64,000 bases of DNA, taken from Anaeramoeba ignava BMAN (Eukaryota > Protista > Anaeramoebae). The DNA lies in the NCBI GenBank assembly GCA_028826165.1, contig JAPDFW010000077.1, positions 310,001 to 374,000 of the forward strand. The letters are read 5' to 3'. Position numbers and translations under genes: made by a program. Positions 47,501 through 60,389 of this stretch are shown one piece after another (the first letter of the stretch is position 1; the number at the start of each line of letters is the position of its first letter). A model generated the notes under the pieces. The model was not told the DNA's origin. It did not search any database and was given only the letters and a program-made list of their open reading frames with translations.

Positions 47501-50500
47501 AATTAAAAAAGAAGATGAAATCAAAGATAATGAAATGGAAATTAAAAAAGAAGATGAAATTAAAGATAATGAAATAGAAATTAAAAAAGAAATTAAAAAA
47601 GAAATTAAAAAAGAAATTAAAAAAGAAATTAAAAAAGAAATTAAAAAAGAAGATGAAATGGAAATTAAAAAAGAAGATGAAATTAATGATAATGAAATAG
47701 AAAAAGAAAAAGAAATTAAAGAACAAAGTTTATTTGAAATCTTTGATTCCCAATTAGACAAAAGAACTCTTGATTCAAATGAATTCATAATCCTCAATAT
47801 AATTATGTTAGAATGGATTTTGAAAAATACCCAATCCTTCCTTAATAAATTTTATGGTGAAGAATTCAAGAAAAAATTCGGATCTCAAAATACAAAAATG
47901 GAATTACTAAAAGAACTTTCTACCAAATTGAAAAACCCAAAAGAACAAAATGAAACAATGAAACAAATTGCCGAAATTTTCCAAAAAACATCCTTTTCAA
48001 TACATGAAATTATTCACACAGGAATTATTGAAAATTTAATTGAGTATTTAACAAACAATTTATGGAATCACCAAAAATTAATGAATATTCAAAAAGAAAC
48101 AAAGGAAAATATTTCAGAAAATGAATTTGAATGGCATCAAGAACTAATCAAAAATGTGAAGAATTTTTATAAACATTTCTTCTCAAAAATTGATGATCAA
48201 AAAGAATATCCAGCAAATCAAATCATGAATGATTTACACGAAGTTTTGAATAAAGTAGAAGATTTCAATATTGAATCAAGACCTGAAATCAACTTAACAA
48301 ATGTGTGCCAATCATTTAGACTTTTCTTTCAATTATCATCAGAAGAATATACATTGAAAAAATACAACAAAAGCGAAATTTCACTTAATTCAACAATAAC
48401 ACCAAGTATTCTTGAAAAATATATTTGGGAAAATACAAAATTGCCAATTGATGATACAATGAGTATTATTGATAAGGAAATTGCTGGAGAACAAGAAAAC
48501 AGAAAACAAGTTGTTCATGAGATTTTTCTTGATAGTTTGGAGAATAATGAATATCATTATTTCAAACCAGAAAAATTTCTTGTTTATAATAATATTAAAA
48601 CAAGTTTAGATATAATTAATAATTTATTAAGAGAAAAAGAGAAAAAGGAATCAGATCAAACAAATGAAAATCAAAATAAAAGCCAAGATCAAGATCAAAT
48701 TTATGAAAATCCTTTTAAAATTGATTCCTTAGATCAAAATGAAATTGATACTCCAAAAGATTCAAAAAATTCTTTAAACAAACTTTTGGAGCATATTCGT
48801 AGTTTCAGAAAAGATGATGATGATGATAATGATAATGATAATTCTGGTCTTTTTGGAGATAGTGATCTTATTAATGAAGTTATAAGTGAATCACAAGAAT
48901 TAGAATTTAATCGAGTTATAGAAGAAATTGAAAAACAAGAAAGAGAAGAAAAAGAAAGAGAAGAAAAAGAAAAAGAAGAAAAAGAAAAAGAAATGAAAAT
49001 TGAAAATGAAAATCAAATTGAAATTGAAAATCAAATTGAAATTGAAATTAAAAATGAAATTGAAATTAAAAATGAAATTGAAAATCAAAATGAAAATCAA
49101 GATGAAATTAAAAATGAAATTGAAATTAAAAAAGAAGATCAAATTGAAAATCAAATTGAAATTGAAGATGATATGAAAATTGAAATTAAAAAAGATGATG
49201 AAATTGAAAATCAAATTGAAAATCAAGATGATATGAAAATTGAAGATGAAAAACAAAAAAAAGAACTTGAAGAAAAACAAAAAAAAGAACAAGAAGAAAA
49301 AGAAAAACGGGAAAAAGAAGAACAAGAAAAAAAAGAACTAGAAAAACAAGTTAAATTAGGTCGAATTTTTGAACAAAAACAAAAACTTTTTGTACATCTT
49401 AAAAATCACAAAAAGGAATTAGAAAATTCAGAAGAATCAAACAAATTTCATCCACTAGAAATGACATACTTTGGCAAAAAACTGAAAACAAACAAAAATT
49501 TAGTGAAACAAATATATAAAATTTGGAGAAATCAACTCGACAAAGAATTTGAATCTGAATCTTTTTGGGATCAAGTACATATGATTGAATACAAAAGAAA
49601 ATTCCCACTTCCAACTGGATTAATATATTGTATGAAAATACAAGAAAATGATAACGGATTAATTTCCGAAATACAAAACGAAATTCTTTCTGGTTTTTAT
49701 GAGAATCAAGAAAAAGAAGAAAAAGAAGAAAAAGAAGAAAAAGAAGAAATAAAAGAAAATCAAGAAATACAAAAAGAAGAAAATTCACTTGATATTTTTT
49801 CAAAATCACAATTTCTTTTATTTTTAAAATCAAAACACTTGCAAAAATTCCTCCGAAAAGAGCTCAACACAGAAATCAAGACAACATTACTTCTGATAAA
49901 ACTACTCGAAGCAATCAACAGAACATATCTGGAATTAACCACACACGAAGCAGAATATGAAACAGAGCGATTTAGCACTTCAACACAGAACATAATTCAA
50001 CAAAACGATTTTGTATCCTTAAGATTGACAGCAAAATTAGTGACCCAATTAGAGGATTGCTTTGGCGTATATACAGGCGCAATCGGCAAATGGATACCAT
50101 ATTTACTCAAATCGCATTTTGGCTTTTTATTCCCTTTTGAAACAAGACTTCGTTATTTTCTTATGACAATCCCAGATTCGTTAAGAACTTTAATTGAATT
50201 TTCTTCGCATTTGGAAAGACACATTGAGAAGTTCCGAAACATTGATTTGGGAAGAATTCCAAGATTCAAAGTTCGCGTCAGAAGAGACGCTCTTCTTGAA
50301 TCAGCAATGGCTATAATGGAAATGCCACAAACACTGGGAAGATCTGAATTGGATATTGAATATTTTGATGAAATTGGTTTTGGATCAGGTCCTTCCCAAG
50401 AGTTTTTCCATTTAGTTTCACAAGAAATCCGAAAAAAGGAATTATACATTTGGCTCGACCAATCAGAAGCAAAAAATGAGCCCAAAGAACCCTTATATGT

Positions 50501-51512
50501 TGAGTCTCCAAACGGATTGTTTCCCTGTCCTTTGGATGTCTCATTAGCCAATCTTGTCAAAAAAAATCAAGAAAAAATGCAATTGAATTCAAACCAGGAT
50601 TCGCAAATTGAAAAAGAATCAGAAAATACACAAAATTTAGTTGCTGAAAAAACAAAAGAAATATTGAAATTCTTTAATTTTCTGGGTAAATTTATGGCTC
50701 GAGCAATTTATGACAACCGACTACTTAATCTTCCATTTTCACCAGTTTTCTTCAAAGCAATCATGAATAAAGAGCTGATTTTCAACGATTTGAAAACGAT
50801 TGATCCTGAGTTTGCAAATTCCTTTTCAGGACTCATTGAATTATCAAGCAAATATTCATCCACTAAAGATAAAACACTTAAATTTAAAGGAGTCGAGCTT
50901 TCGAGTCTTGAAATAAACTTTGTGCTTCCTGGCTATGACATCGAACTAAAACCGGGAGGAAAAGATATCATTGTTACACTTGACAATCTCGCTGAATATG
51001 TTCGGCTTGTTGTTGATATGAAGCTTGGAAAAGGAATTGAAGAGCAAATCAAATGGTTCCAAAAAGGATTCAATGAAATTTTGCAATTGAAAAGTTTACA
51101 AATTTTTTCGTTTGAAGAATTTGACATTTTAATAAATGGATGTGTTGAGAAATGGGAGCCAAAAATGCTGATGGAAAACATAATTTGCGAGCATGGATAC
51201 ACCAAATCAAGTGAGGTTGTTTTATATCTTTTGGAATTCATGTCAGAAATGAATGCATTGGAACAAAGACAGTTCCTTCGTTTTGTCACTGGAAGTTCTT
51301 CTCTTCCTGTTGGTGGAATTGCAAAATTAGTTCCTCATCTTACTATTGTTAAACAAAGTACAAAACCTTTTGAAAATCCTGATGATTATTTACCTACTGT
51401 TATGACTTGCGCTAATTATTTGAAAATTCCAGTTTATTCTTCTAAATCCGTTTTAAAACAAAAATTCACAATTGCTTTTTCTGAAGGTCAATCAAGTTTT
51501 CATCTTTCTTAA
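44596..51512 (+). CDS. HECT E3 ubiquitin ligase, TRIP12/UFD4/UPL3-like
   Basis: Exons 44596-44776, 44902-45041, 45455-45674, 45930-46226 and 46351-51512 (6000 nt, 1999 aa). ARM region (ACRTLSNLMEALP, IDYIDLAE) and HECT (LFPFETR, EIGFGSGPSQEFF, FLRFVTG, LPTVMTCANYLKIP..FHLS). Confidence 0.92.
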
Positions 51513-51774
51513 AAAAATTTCTTTTTAAAATCAAAAATCAATCAAAAAGCAACAAACAAAAAAACAAATATTATTTTTTTGATTCAAATTAATTTTTTAT
51601 TTTTTGCCGTTTCAATTCTTTTTGAATCAAAAAAAAAAAACAAATTTTTTTTTTTTTTTTTTGGAATTAGGGAAAATCAAATCAAAAAGAAAAAAGAAGA
51701 GAAAAAGAAAGAAAAAGAAAGAAAAAGGAATTGAATTGAAAGAAATTGAATTTTGTTTGAATTTGAAACGACAG

Positions 51775-53236
<1,462 letters not shown>

Positions 53237-53341
53237 TTCTTTGTAAAAAAAAAAATGAAAAAATATTTTATTAATTTTTTTTTTTTTTCATTTTTTTTTT
53301 TTCATTTTTTTTTCATTTTTTTCTTTTTAAAATCTTTTAAA

Positions 53342-55711
53342 ATGAATGATATTTTTTATTTTGGTGAAAATCATCTTCGTTTTGTTTTTCAAAATGAACC
53401 AAGACAAATAACAAAACCAATTCAACTTAAACTTCCAAATCAAAATCAAAATCAAAATCAAAATGAAAATCAAAATCAAAATGAAAATCAAAATCAAAAT
53501 CAAAATCAAAATCAAAATCAAAATCAAAATCAAAATCAAAATCAAAATCAAAATCAAAATCAAAATCAAAATCAAAATAAAAATCAAAATAAAAATCAAA
53601 ATCAAAATGAAAATCAAAATGAAAATCAAAATCAAATTGAAAATCAAAATAAAAATCAAAATCAAAATAAAAATCAAAATAAAAATCAAAATCAAAATCA
53701 AAATCAAAATCAAATTGAAAATGAAAATCAAAATGAAAATCAAAATCAAAATCAAAATCAAAATCAAAATCAAATTCAAAATCAAAATCAAATTGAAAAT
53801 CAAAATCAAAATCAAAATCAAAATCAAAATCAAAATAAAAATCAAAATAAAAATCAAAATCAAAATCAAAATCAAAATCAAATTGAAAATGAAAATCAAA
53901 ATCAAAATCAAAATCAAAATCAAAATCAAATTGAAAATGAAAATGAAAATCAAAATCAAAATCAAAATGAAAAACAAAATCAAAATCAAAATCAAAATCA
54001 AAATCAAAATCAAATTGAAAATGAAAATGAAAATGAAAATGAAAATGAAAAACAAATTAAACAAATTGCATCAAGTTACTTGGGAACAATTTTCCTTTTT
54101 GAAAATGGAAAAGCAATTAAATATTTAAAAGATTCAAGTCAAAAACCTCATAAAATTGAAATTAAAAAAATTCAAAAAATCACAAGTAATTTCCAAAATG
54201 TAGCTATTTTAACAATAGAAGGAAATGTATTTGCAAAAGGAAGAAATGTTAATCCAAATAATACAAATGAATTCATCAATATTTCATCATTAATTGAAGA
54301 TATAAATGATAGAATAATTGAAGATATTATTTCTTCATACAATGCATTTTACTTATTAACTTTAAATCAAAATGCTTATGGAATTGGTTCAAATTATAAT
54401 GGTCAACTTGGTTTTGATTCTGAAACACTTCCAAAAACAGAAAAACCAATTTTAATGATGAAAAATGTTTCTAAAATATTTACAGGAATTGCTTCAATTC
54501 ATGTTTTTCTTTTAAATTCAAATCAAGAATTATTTGGATGTGGTGATAACTATTATGGTCAACTTGGATTAAGAGAATCAGTGAGAGAATCAAGAAAAAT
54601 CCAAAAATTAACTAAAATCCAAAATATTCCAAAAGGTAAAATAATTGATATTCAATGCGGCAGTGATCATTCAATAATGTTGATTGAAAATGAAGATGAA
54701 AATGAAAATGAAAATCCAAAAAGAAAACTTTATTCATGTGGAAAATATGGAGCTAATGGACTTGGCAAAAATGAAAATACTTATGAATTTACTCAAATCA
54801 AATCATCTTTATTTGAAAATGATTATATTCTTGAAATTTCTTGTGGAAATTATCATACTTTGATTTTAACATCCAATTCAAAATTAATAGGATTTGGAGG
54901 TAATTCTTGGAGTCAATTAGGAAATGGAGATACAAAAGATCAATCAATTCCAATTCAAATTGAACTTCCTAAATTAAGATTTAATGAAGATATTTCCAAG
55001 TATCATATTTATTGTGGGCATTGGAATAGTTCATTTCTTTATTATTCTCCCTTTCTTTCTTCTTTTTCCAATCTTGAAGAAGATTTGATAAAATTATTTA
55101 GAAAAAAAGAATTTTGTGATATTTCATTTAAAACAGAAGATGGAGAAATAATTGAAGCTCATAAATTAATATTAAAATATAGATTAAAAGATCAAAATCA
55201 AATTGAAAAACTTCAAGAAATTATTTCAAAAAAATCAATTAAAGAATCAAATCAAATATTTGAAATGATTTATTCAAACAATTCCAAAATAAATCCAAAA
55301 TTATATTCAGAAATTAAAGAAATTATAAATTCAAATGAAAAAATTGAAGAAACAATTAAAAGAATTTATTTAAATGAAAATGAAAATGAAAAAGATTTTA
55401 TAATTGAAAGAAAAGAAAAACAATATAAATTTCCTAAATTAATATTAATAATGAGAAGTGAATTATATCGAGGAATGTTTTTATCTGTAACAAATGATAC
55501 TTCTAATAAAGTTACAGATTATAGTGAATTAAGTAATAAATCATTTCAATTATTTGAATATTGGATTTATTCAAATCAAATTAAAGATGAAATTGAAATT
55601 ACACAAGAAATTATTGAAGAAATTAAAATTGGGATTGATTATTTTCAATTAAATCAAACATATCCAAATTTATTTGATTTATTAATTAACAAATTTAATA
55701 ATCAAAATTAA
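53342..55711 (+). CDS. RCC1 + BTB protein (copy D) with ~200-aa N/Q insert
   Basis: Start taken at ATG 53342 (MNDIFYFG), matching copy E. Same architecture as A-C. Confidence 0.88.
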   Translation: MNDIFYFGENHLRFVFQNEPRQITKPIQLKLPNQNQNQNQNENQNQNENQNQNQNQNQNQNQNQNQNQNQNQNQNQNQNKNQNKNQNQNENQNENQNQIENQNKNQNQNKNQNKNQNQNQNQNQIENENQNENQNQNQNQNQNQIQNQNQIENQNQNQNQNQNQNKNQNKNQNQNQNQNQIENENQNQNQNQNQNQIENENENQNQNQNEKQNQNQNQNQNQNQIENENENENENEKQIKQIASSYLGTIFLFENGKAIKYLKDSSQKPHKIEIKKIQKITSNFQNVAILTIEGNVFAKGRNVNPNNTNEFINISSLIEDINDRIIEDIISSYNAFYLLTLNQNAYGIGSNYNGQLGFDSETLPKTEKPILMMKNVSKIFTGIASIHVFLLNSNQELFGCGDNYYGQLGLRESVRESRKIQKLTKIQNIPKGKIIDIQCGSDHSIMLIENEDENENENPKRKLYSCGKYGANGLGKNENTYEFTQIKSSLFENDYILEISCGNYHTLILTSNSKLIGFGGNSWSQLGNGDTKDQSIPIQIELPKLRFNEDISKYHIYCGHWNSSFLYYSPFLSSFSNLEEDLIKLFRKKEFCDISFKTEDGEIIEAHKLILKYRLKDQNQIEKLQEIISKKSIKESNQIFEMIYSNNSKINPKLYSEIKEIINSNEKIEETIKRIYLNENENEKDFIIERKEKQYKFPKLILIMRSELYRGMFLSVTNDTSNKVTDYSELSNKSFQLFEYWIYSNQIKDEIEITQEIIEEIKIGIDYFQLNQTYPNLFDLLINKFNNQN

Positions 55712-56015
55712 AATTAAAATTAAAATCAAAATTAAAATTAAAATTAAAATTAAAATTAAAATTAAAATTAAAATTAAAATTAAAATTAAAATTAAAATTA
55801 AAAATTAAAATTAAAATTAAAATTAAAATTAAAATTAAAATTAAAATCAAAATTAAAATTAAAATTAAAATTAAAATCAAAATTAAAATCAAAATTAAAA
55901 TTATAATTAAAATTAAAATTAAAATTATAATTAAATTTAAAATCAAAATTAAAATTAAAATTAAAATTAAAATCAAAATTAAATCAAAACTTAAATTTAA
56001 ATTAAAATTAAAATT
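55709..56015 (+). repeat. (AAAATT)n spacer
   Basis: Hexamer array between D and E. Confidence 0.92.
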
Positions 56016-56053
56016 CATTTTTTTTCATTTTTTTCTTTTTAAAATTTTTTAAA

Positions 56054-57946
56054 ATGAATGATATTTTTTATTTTGGTGAAAATCATCTTCGTTTTGTTTT
56101 TCAAAATGAACCAAGACAAATAACAAAACCAATTCAACTTAAACTTCCAAATCAAAATCAAAATCAAAATCAAAATCAAAATCAAAATCAAAATCAAAAT
56201 CAAAATCAAAATCAAAATCAAAATCAAAATGAAAATCAAAATGAAAATGAAAATCAAATTCAAAATGAAAATGAAAAACAAATTAAACAAATTGCATCAA
56301 GTTACTTGGGAACAGTTTTCCTTTTTAAAAATGGAAAAGCAATTAAATATTTAAAAGATTCAAGTCAAAAACCTCATAAAATTGAAATTAAAAAAATTCA
56401 AAAAATCACAAGTAATTTCCAAAACGAAGCTATTTTAACAAAAGAAGGAAATGTATTTGCAAAAGGAAAAGATATTAATCCAAATAATACAAATGAATTC
56501 ATCAATATTTCATCATTAATTGAAGATATAAATGATAGAATAATTGAAGATATTGTTTCTGGATATAGTGTCTTTTACTTATTAACTTCAAATCAAAATG
56601 CTTATGGAATTGGTTCAAATAATTATGACCAACTTGGATTTGATTCTATAACACTTTATAAAACAGAAAAACCAATTTTAATGATGAAAAATGTTTCTAA
56701 AATATTTACAGGAATTACTTCAAATAATGTTTTTCTTTTAAATTCAAATCAAGAATTATTTGGATGTGGTGATAATAGATTTGGCCAACTTGGATTAGGA
56801 GAATCAACAAGAGAAGCAAAAATCCCAAGATTAACCCAAATCCAAAATATTCCAAAAGGCAAAATAATTGATATTCAATCTGGGCTTGATCATTCAATAA
56901 TGTTGATTGAAAATTTAGATGAAACTCAATATCAATATCAAAATCCAAAAAGAAAACTTTATTCATGTGGAAAATATGAAGTTAATGGACTTGGCAAAGA
57001 TGAAAATACTTATAAATTTACTGAAATCAAATCATTTTTATTTGAAAATGATTATATTCTTGAAATTTCTGTTGGAAATAATCAAACTTTGATTTTAACA
57101 TCCAATAATAAGTTGATAGGATTTGGAGACAATTCTTGGAGTCAATTAGGAACTGGAAATACAAAAGATAAAATTCCAATTCAAATCGAACTTCCTAAAT
57201 TAAGATTTAATGAAAATATTTCTAATTATCATATTTATTGTGGGCATTGGAATAGTTCATTTCTTTATTATTCTCCTCCTTATTTTTCCAATCTTGAAGA
57301 AGATTTGATAAAATTATTTAGAAGAAAAGAATTTTGTAATATTTCATTTAAAACAGAAAATGGAGAAATAATTGAAGCTCATAAATTAATATTAAAATAT
57401 AGATTAAATCAAGATCAAAATCAAATTGAAAAACTTCAAGAAATTATTTCAAATAAATCAATTAAAGAATCAAATCAAATATTTGAAATGATTTATTCAA
57501 ACAGAATAATAAATCCAAAATTATACTTTGAAATTAAAGAAATTATAAATTCCAATGAAAAAATTGAAGAAACAATGAAAAGAATTTATTTAAATGAAAA
57601 TGAAAAAGATTTTATTATTGAAAGAAAAGAAAAACAATATAAATTTCCAAAATTAATATTAATAATGAGAAGTGAATTATATCGAGGAATGTTTTTATCT
57701 GTAACAGAAGATACTTCTAATAAAGTTACAGATTATAGTGAATTAAGTAATAAATCATTTCAAATATTTGAATATTGGATTTATTCAAATCAAATTAAAG
57801 AAGGAATTCAAATTACAGAGCAAATAATTAATGAATTAGAAAGAGGAATTGATTATTTTCAATTAAATCAAACAAATCCAAATTTATTTGATTTATTAAT
57901 CAACAAATTTAATAATCAAAAAAAAGAAAAATGTTTAATTTTTTAA
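56054..57946 (+). CDS. RCC1 + BTB protein (copy E) with C-terminal CaaX-like motif
   Basis: Closest to D. Ends ...NQKKEKCLIF*. Confidence 0.9.
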   Translation: MNDIFYFGENHLRFVFQNEPRQITKPIQLKLPNQNQNQNQNQNQNQNQNQNQNQNQNQNENQNENENQIQNENEKQIKQIASSYLGTVFLFKNGKAIKYLKDSSQKPHKIEIKKIQKITSNFQNEAILTKEGNVFAKGKDINPNNTNEFINISSLIEDINDRIIEDIVSGYSVFYLLTSNQNAYGIGSNNYDQLGFDSITLYKTEKPILMMKNVSKIFTGITSNNVFLLNSNQELFGCGDNRFGQLGLGESTREAKIPRLTQIQNIPKGKIIDIQSGLDHSIMLIENLDETQYQYQNPKRKLYSCGKYEVNGLGKDENTYKFTEIKSFLFENDYILEISVGNNQTLILTSNNKLIGFGDNSWSQLGTGNTKDKIPIQIELPKLRFNENISNYHIYCGHWNSSFLYYSPPYFSNLEEDLIKLFRRKEFCNISFKTENGEIIEAHKLILKYRLNQDQNQIEKLQEIISNKSIKESNQIFEMIYSNRIINPKLYFEIKEIINSNEKIEETMKRIYLNENEKDFIIERKEKQYKFPKLILIMRSELYRGMFLSVTEDTSNKVTDYSELSNKSFQIFEYWIYSNQIKEGIQITEQIINELERGIDYFQLNQTNPNLFDLLINKFNNQKKEKCLIF

Positions 57947-58238
57947 AATCAAAATTAAAAATTATGAATGAAATTGAAAGAGGAATTGATTATTTAATTT
58001 GATTTATTTTATTTTATTAATTAAATAAAATAAAAGTGGAATAATAAATAAAAAGGGGAAAATTATTTTTTATTTAAAAAAAAGATTGGCAAATAAAAAT
58101 AAATTTCTATCCACTTTTTTATTTATTAATTTTCCTTTTTTTTATTTTCATTTTTTTTTACACAAAAACAAACAAAGAAACATTTGTTTTTGCTTTAACA
58201 AAACACAACACAATAAAACACAATAAAACACAACAAAA

Positions 58239-59762
58239 ATGAAAAACAAATTAATTAAATTAATTACAGTATTTTTAATTATTTTTTTAGTTACAAATCA
58301 AAAAGAAAAAAAAGAGGAAAAAGGAAAAAACGAACAAAATCAAAATCAAAATCAAAATCAAAATCAAAATCAAAATCAAAATCAAAATCAAAATCAAAAT
58401 CAAAATCAAAATCAAAATCAAATTCAAAATCAAAATCAAAATCAAAAAAAAGAAGAGCAAACAACAATTTCAGAAATTCAAGAAAGTTGGGAATTTCAAC
58501 AAAGGATTTATTCCAATATCACATGGGAATATGAATGGTTTGGAATTAGTACATCAATAAGTGGGAATACAATAGCAATAGGAGCATCAGGAGATCCAAA
58601 TTCAGATTATCAAATATATGGAACAGCATTTCTTTTTGAAAAAGAAAATAACGAATGGAAACAAGTAAAACAATTAGAAATTAGTGATGGACAACTTAAT
58701 GATAGATATGGATATTCGATTGATATTTCAAATGATATTATTGTAGTTGGAGCTCCTTATGCCGATGTGAATGGGAAAATCAATCAAGGAAAAAGTTATG
58801 TTTTTATCAAAAATGGAAATGATTGGAATTTAACTTCATCAATAACACCACTAAATGAACAATCATATCAATATTTTGGAGCAAGTGTTTCTGCTACAGA
58901 AAGAATAATTGCTGTTGGTTCTCCTCTATTTGATGTTTATATAAACAATAACGAAGGAGCTGTTTATATTTTCAAAGGAAATGAAGATGGAACTTCTTGG
59001 AATCAAGACCAACAAATTACAGCAAGTGATGGTTTAACTCTGGCTCGATTTGGAACTAGTGTTGTTCTTTCAAATGATGGTTTATTTCTTTTTATTGGAG
59101 CTTCTAATGCATCAGCAGATGGATGGTTTGAGCATGGAAGAGTATATATTTACAAAAATGATGGAAATCAATTTAATTTTTATCAATCTTTCACTTCTAA
59201 TGATTCAACTTATGCTTATAATGATCGTTTTGGAAAATCTATTGCAGTATCAGAAAATTATACTTGGATTGTTGTTGGTGCTTATCAAGCTGATCATAAC
59301 TGGAATGATTATGAAGGAAAAGCTTATGTTTTCAAATCAAATGGAAGTTATTGGAATCAAGAACAAATTTTGACAGCTCCTGATCCTCAATATCATGGAT
59401 ATTTTGGATACAGTGTTTCTATTTCAGGTGATAATATTCTTATTGGTGAAAGTGGTTATGATAATTATAAAGGAAGAGCTCATTTATTTAATTATAATGG
59501 AAATTCTTGGATTCATCAATCTCAATTATTTTCTAATAACTCAACAAGTAGTTATGATTTTGGATGGTCTGTTTCAATTTTAGGGAATATTTCTGTTGTT
59601 GGTTCTATAGGAGACAATGTGAATTATTATTTTGATGGATCTGCTTATGTTTTTGAATTTACTTTACATGAAGTTAATTCAGCAAATTCAAATTCAAATT
59701 CCAAAAAAGTTATCATTATTTCAATAATTTTCCAATTATTGTTATTTTGGGAATTATTTTAA
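58239..59762 (+). CDS. FG-GAP repeat (integrin-alpha-like beta-propeller) surface protein
   Basis: Signal peptide, NQ tract, seven FG..S.s....i.vGA..G.aY.F blades, hydrophobic C-terminus. The true end may be 59852 (see findings). Confidence 0.85.
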   Translation: MKNKLIKLITVFLIIFLVTNQKEKKEEKGKNEQNQNQNQNQNQNQNQNQNQNQNQNQNQNQIQNQNQNQKKEEQTTISEIQESWEFQQRIYSNITWEYEWFGISTSISGNTIAIGASGDPNSDYQIYGTAFLFEKENNEWKQVKQLEISDGQLNDRYGYSIDISNDIIVVGAPYADVNGKINQGKSYVFIKNGNDWNLTSSITPLNEQSYQYFGASVSATERIIAVGSPLFDVYINNNEGAVYIFKGNEDGTSWNQDQQITASDGLTLARFGTSVVLSNDGLFLFIGASNASADGWFEHGRVYIYKNDGNQFNFYQSFTSNDSTYAYNDRFGKSIAVSENYTWIVVGAYQADHNWNDYEGKAYVFKSNGSYWNQEQILTAPDPQYHGYFGYSVSISGDNILIGESGYDNYKGRAHLFNYNGNSWIHQSQLFSNNSTSSYDFGWSVSILGNISVVGSIGDNVNYYFDGSAYVFEFTLHEVNSANSNSNSKKVIIISIIFQLLLFWELF

Positions 59763-60389
59763 TAATTTTCTTCATTAAAAAAGAAAAAGAAGAAAAACAA
59801 ATCAAATAATAATAATTCAGAAGTTTCAATGAATGAATCATTATTGAAATAATTCCAAAAATTCAAAAATCCAAAAATTCAAAAATCATTTCCAAATTCT
59901 TTTTTTTTTTCAAATTTCAAATAAAAAAAACAAAATTAATAATTAAAAAAATTGTTTTAAAATCATTTTTTTTTGGATAATATTTAATTTGATTATAATT
60001 GAATTATTTTCATTTATTTCTTTTATTTTTTTTTATTTTTTTTTATTTTTATTTAAAAAAAAAAGTGGAATAAAAAAATTTTAATTAAATTTAAAATAAA
60101 ATTAAAAAGTGGAATAAATTAAATTAATAAAAAAAAAATGAAATAAATAACAAAAAGGAGAAAAAAATAAAAATAAAATTCTTTTTTTTCTTTTCTTTTT
60201 TAAATTAAAAAAATTTCCATTTTTTTTTATTTTTTTTTTTCATTTTTCTTTTTTTATTCATTTTTTTTTTACATTATCAAAAAAAAAAAAAAATTTTATA
60301 TTATCTTTTTATTTTGCTTTTTTTCTTTTATTTTCAAATAACAAATAAAAAATAACACAAAATACAAAATAAAAACAATATAAAATAAA

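Noticed and set aside
44596-51512. Intein or other self-splicing insertion in the large ORFs
   Set aside because: The inserts are K/E/I/N low-complexity repeats. No Hint motifs (N-terminal C, C-terminal HN) or LAGLIDADG blocks were seen.
53255-53341. N-terminal F-rich extension or signal peptide on copy D
   Set aside because: This is the T-rich promoter/leader. The paralog-matched start is ATG 53342.
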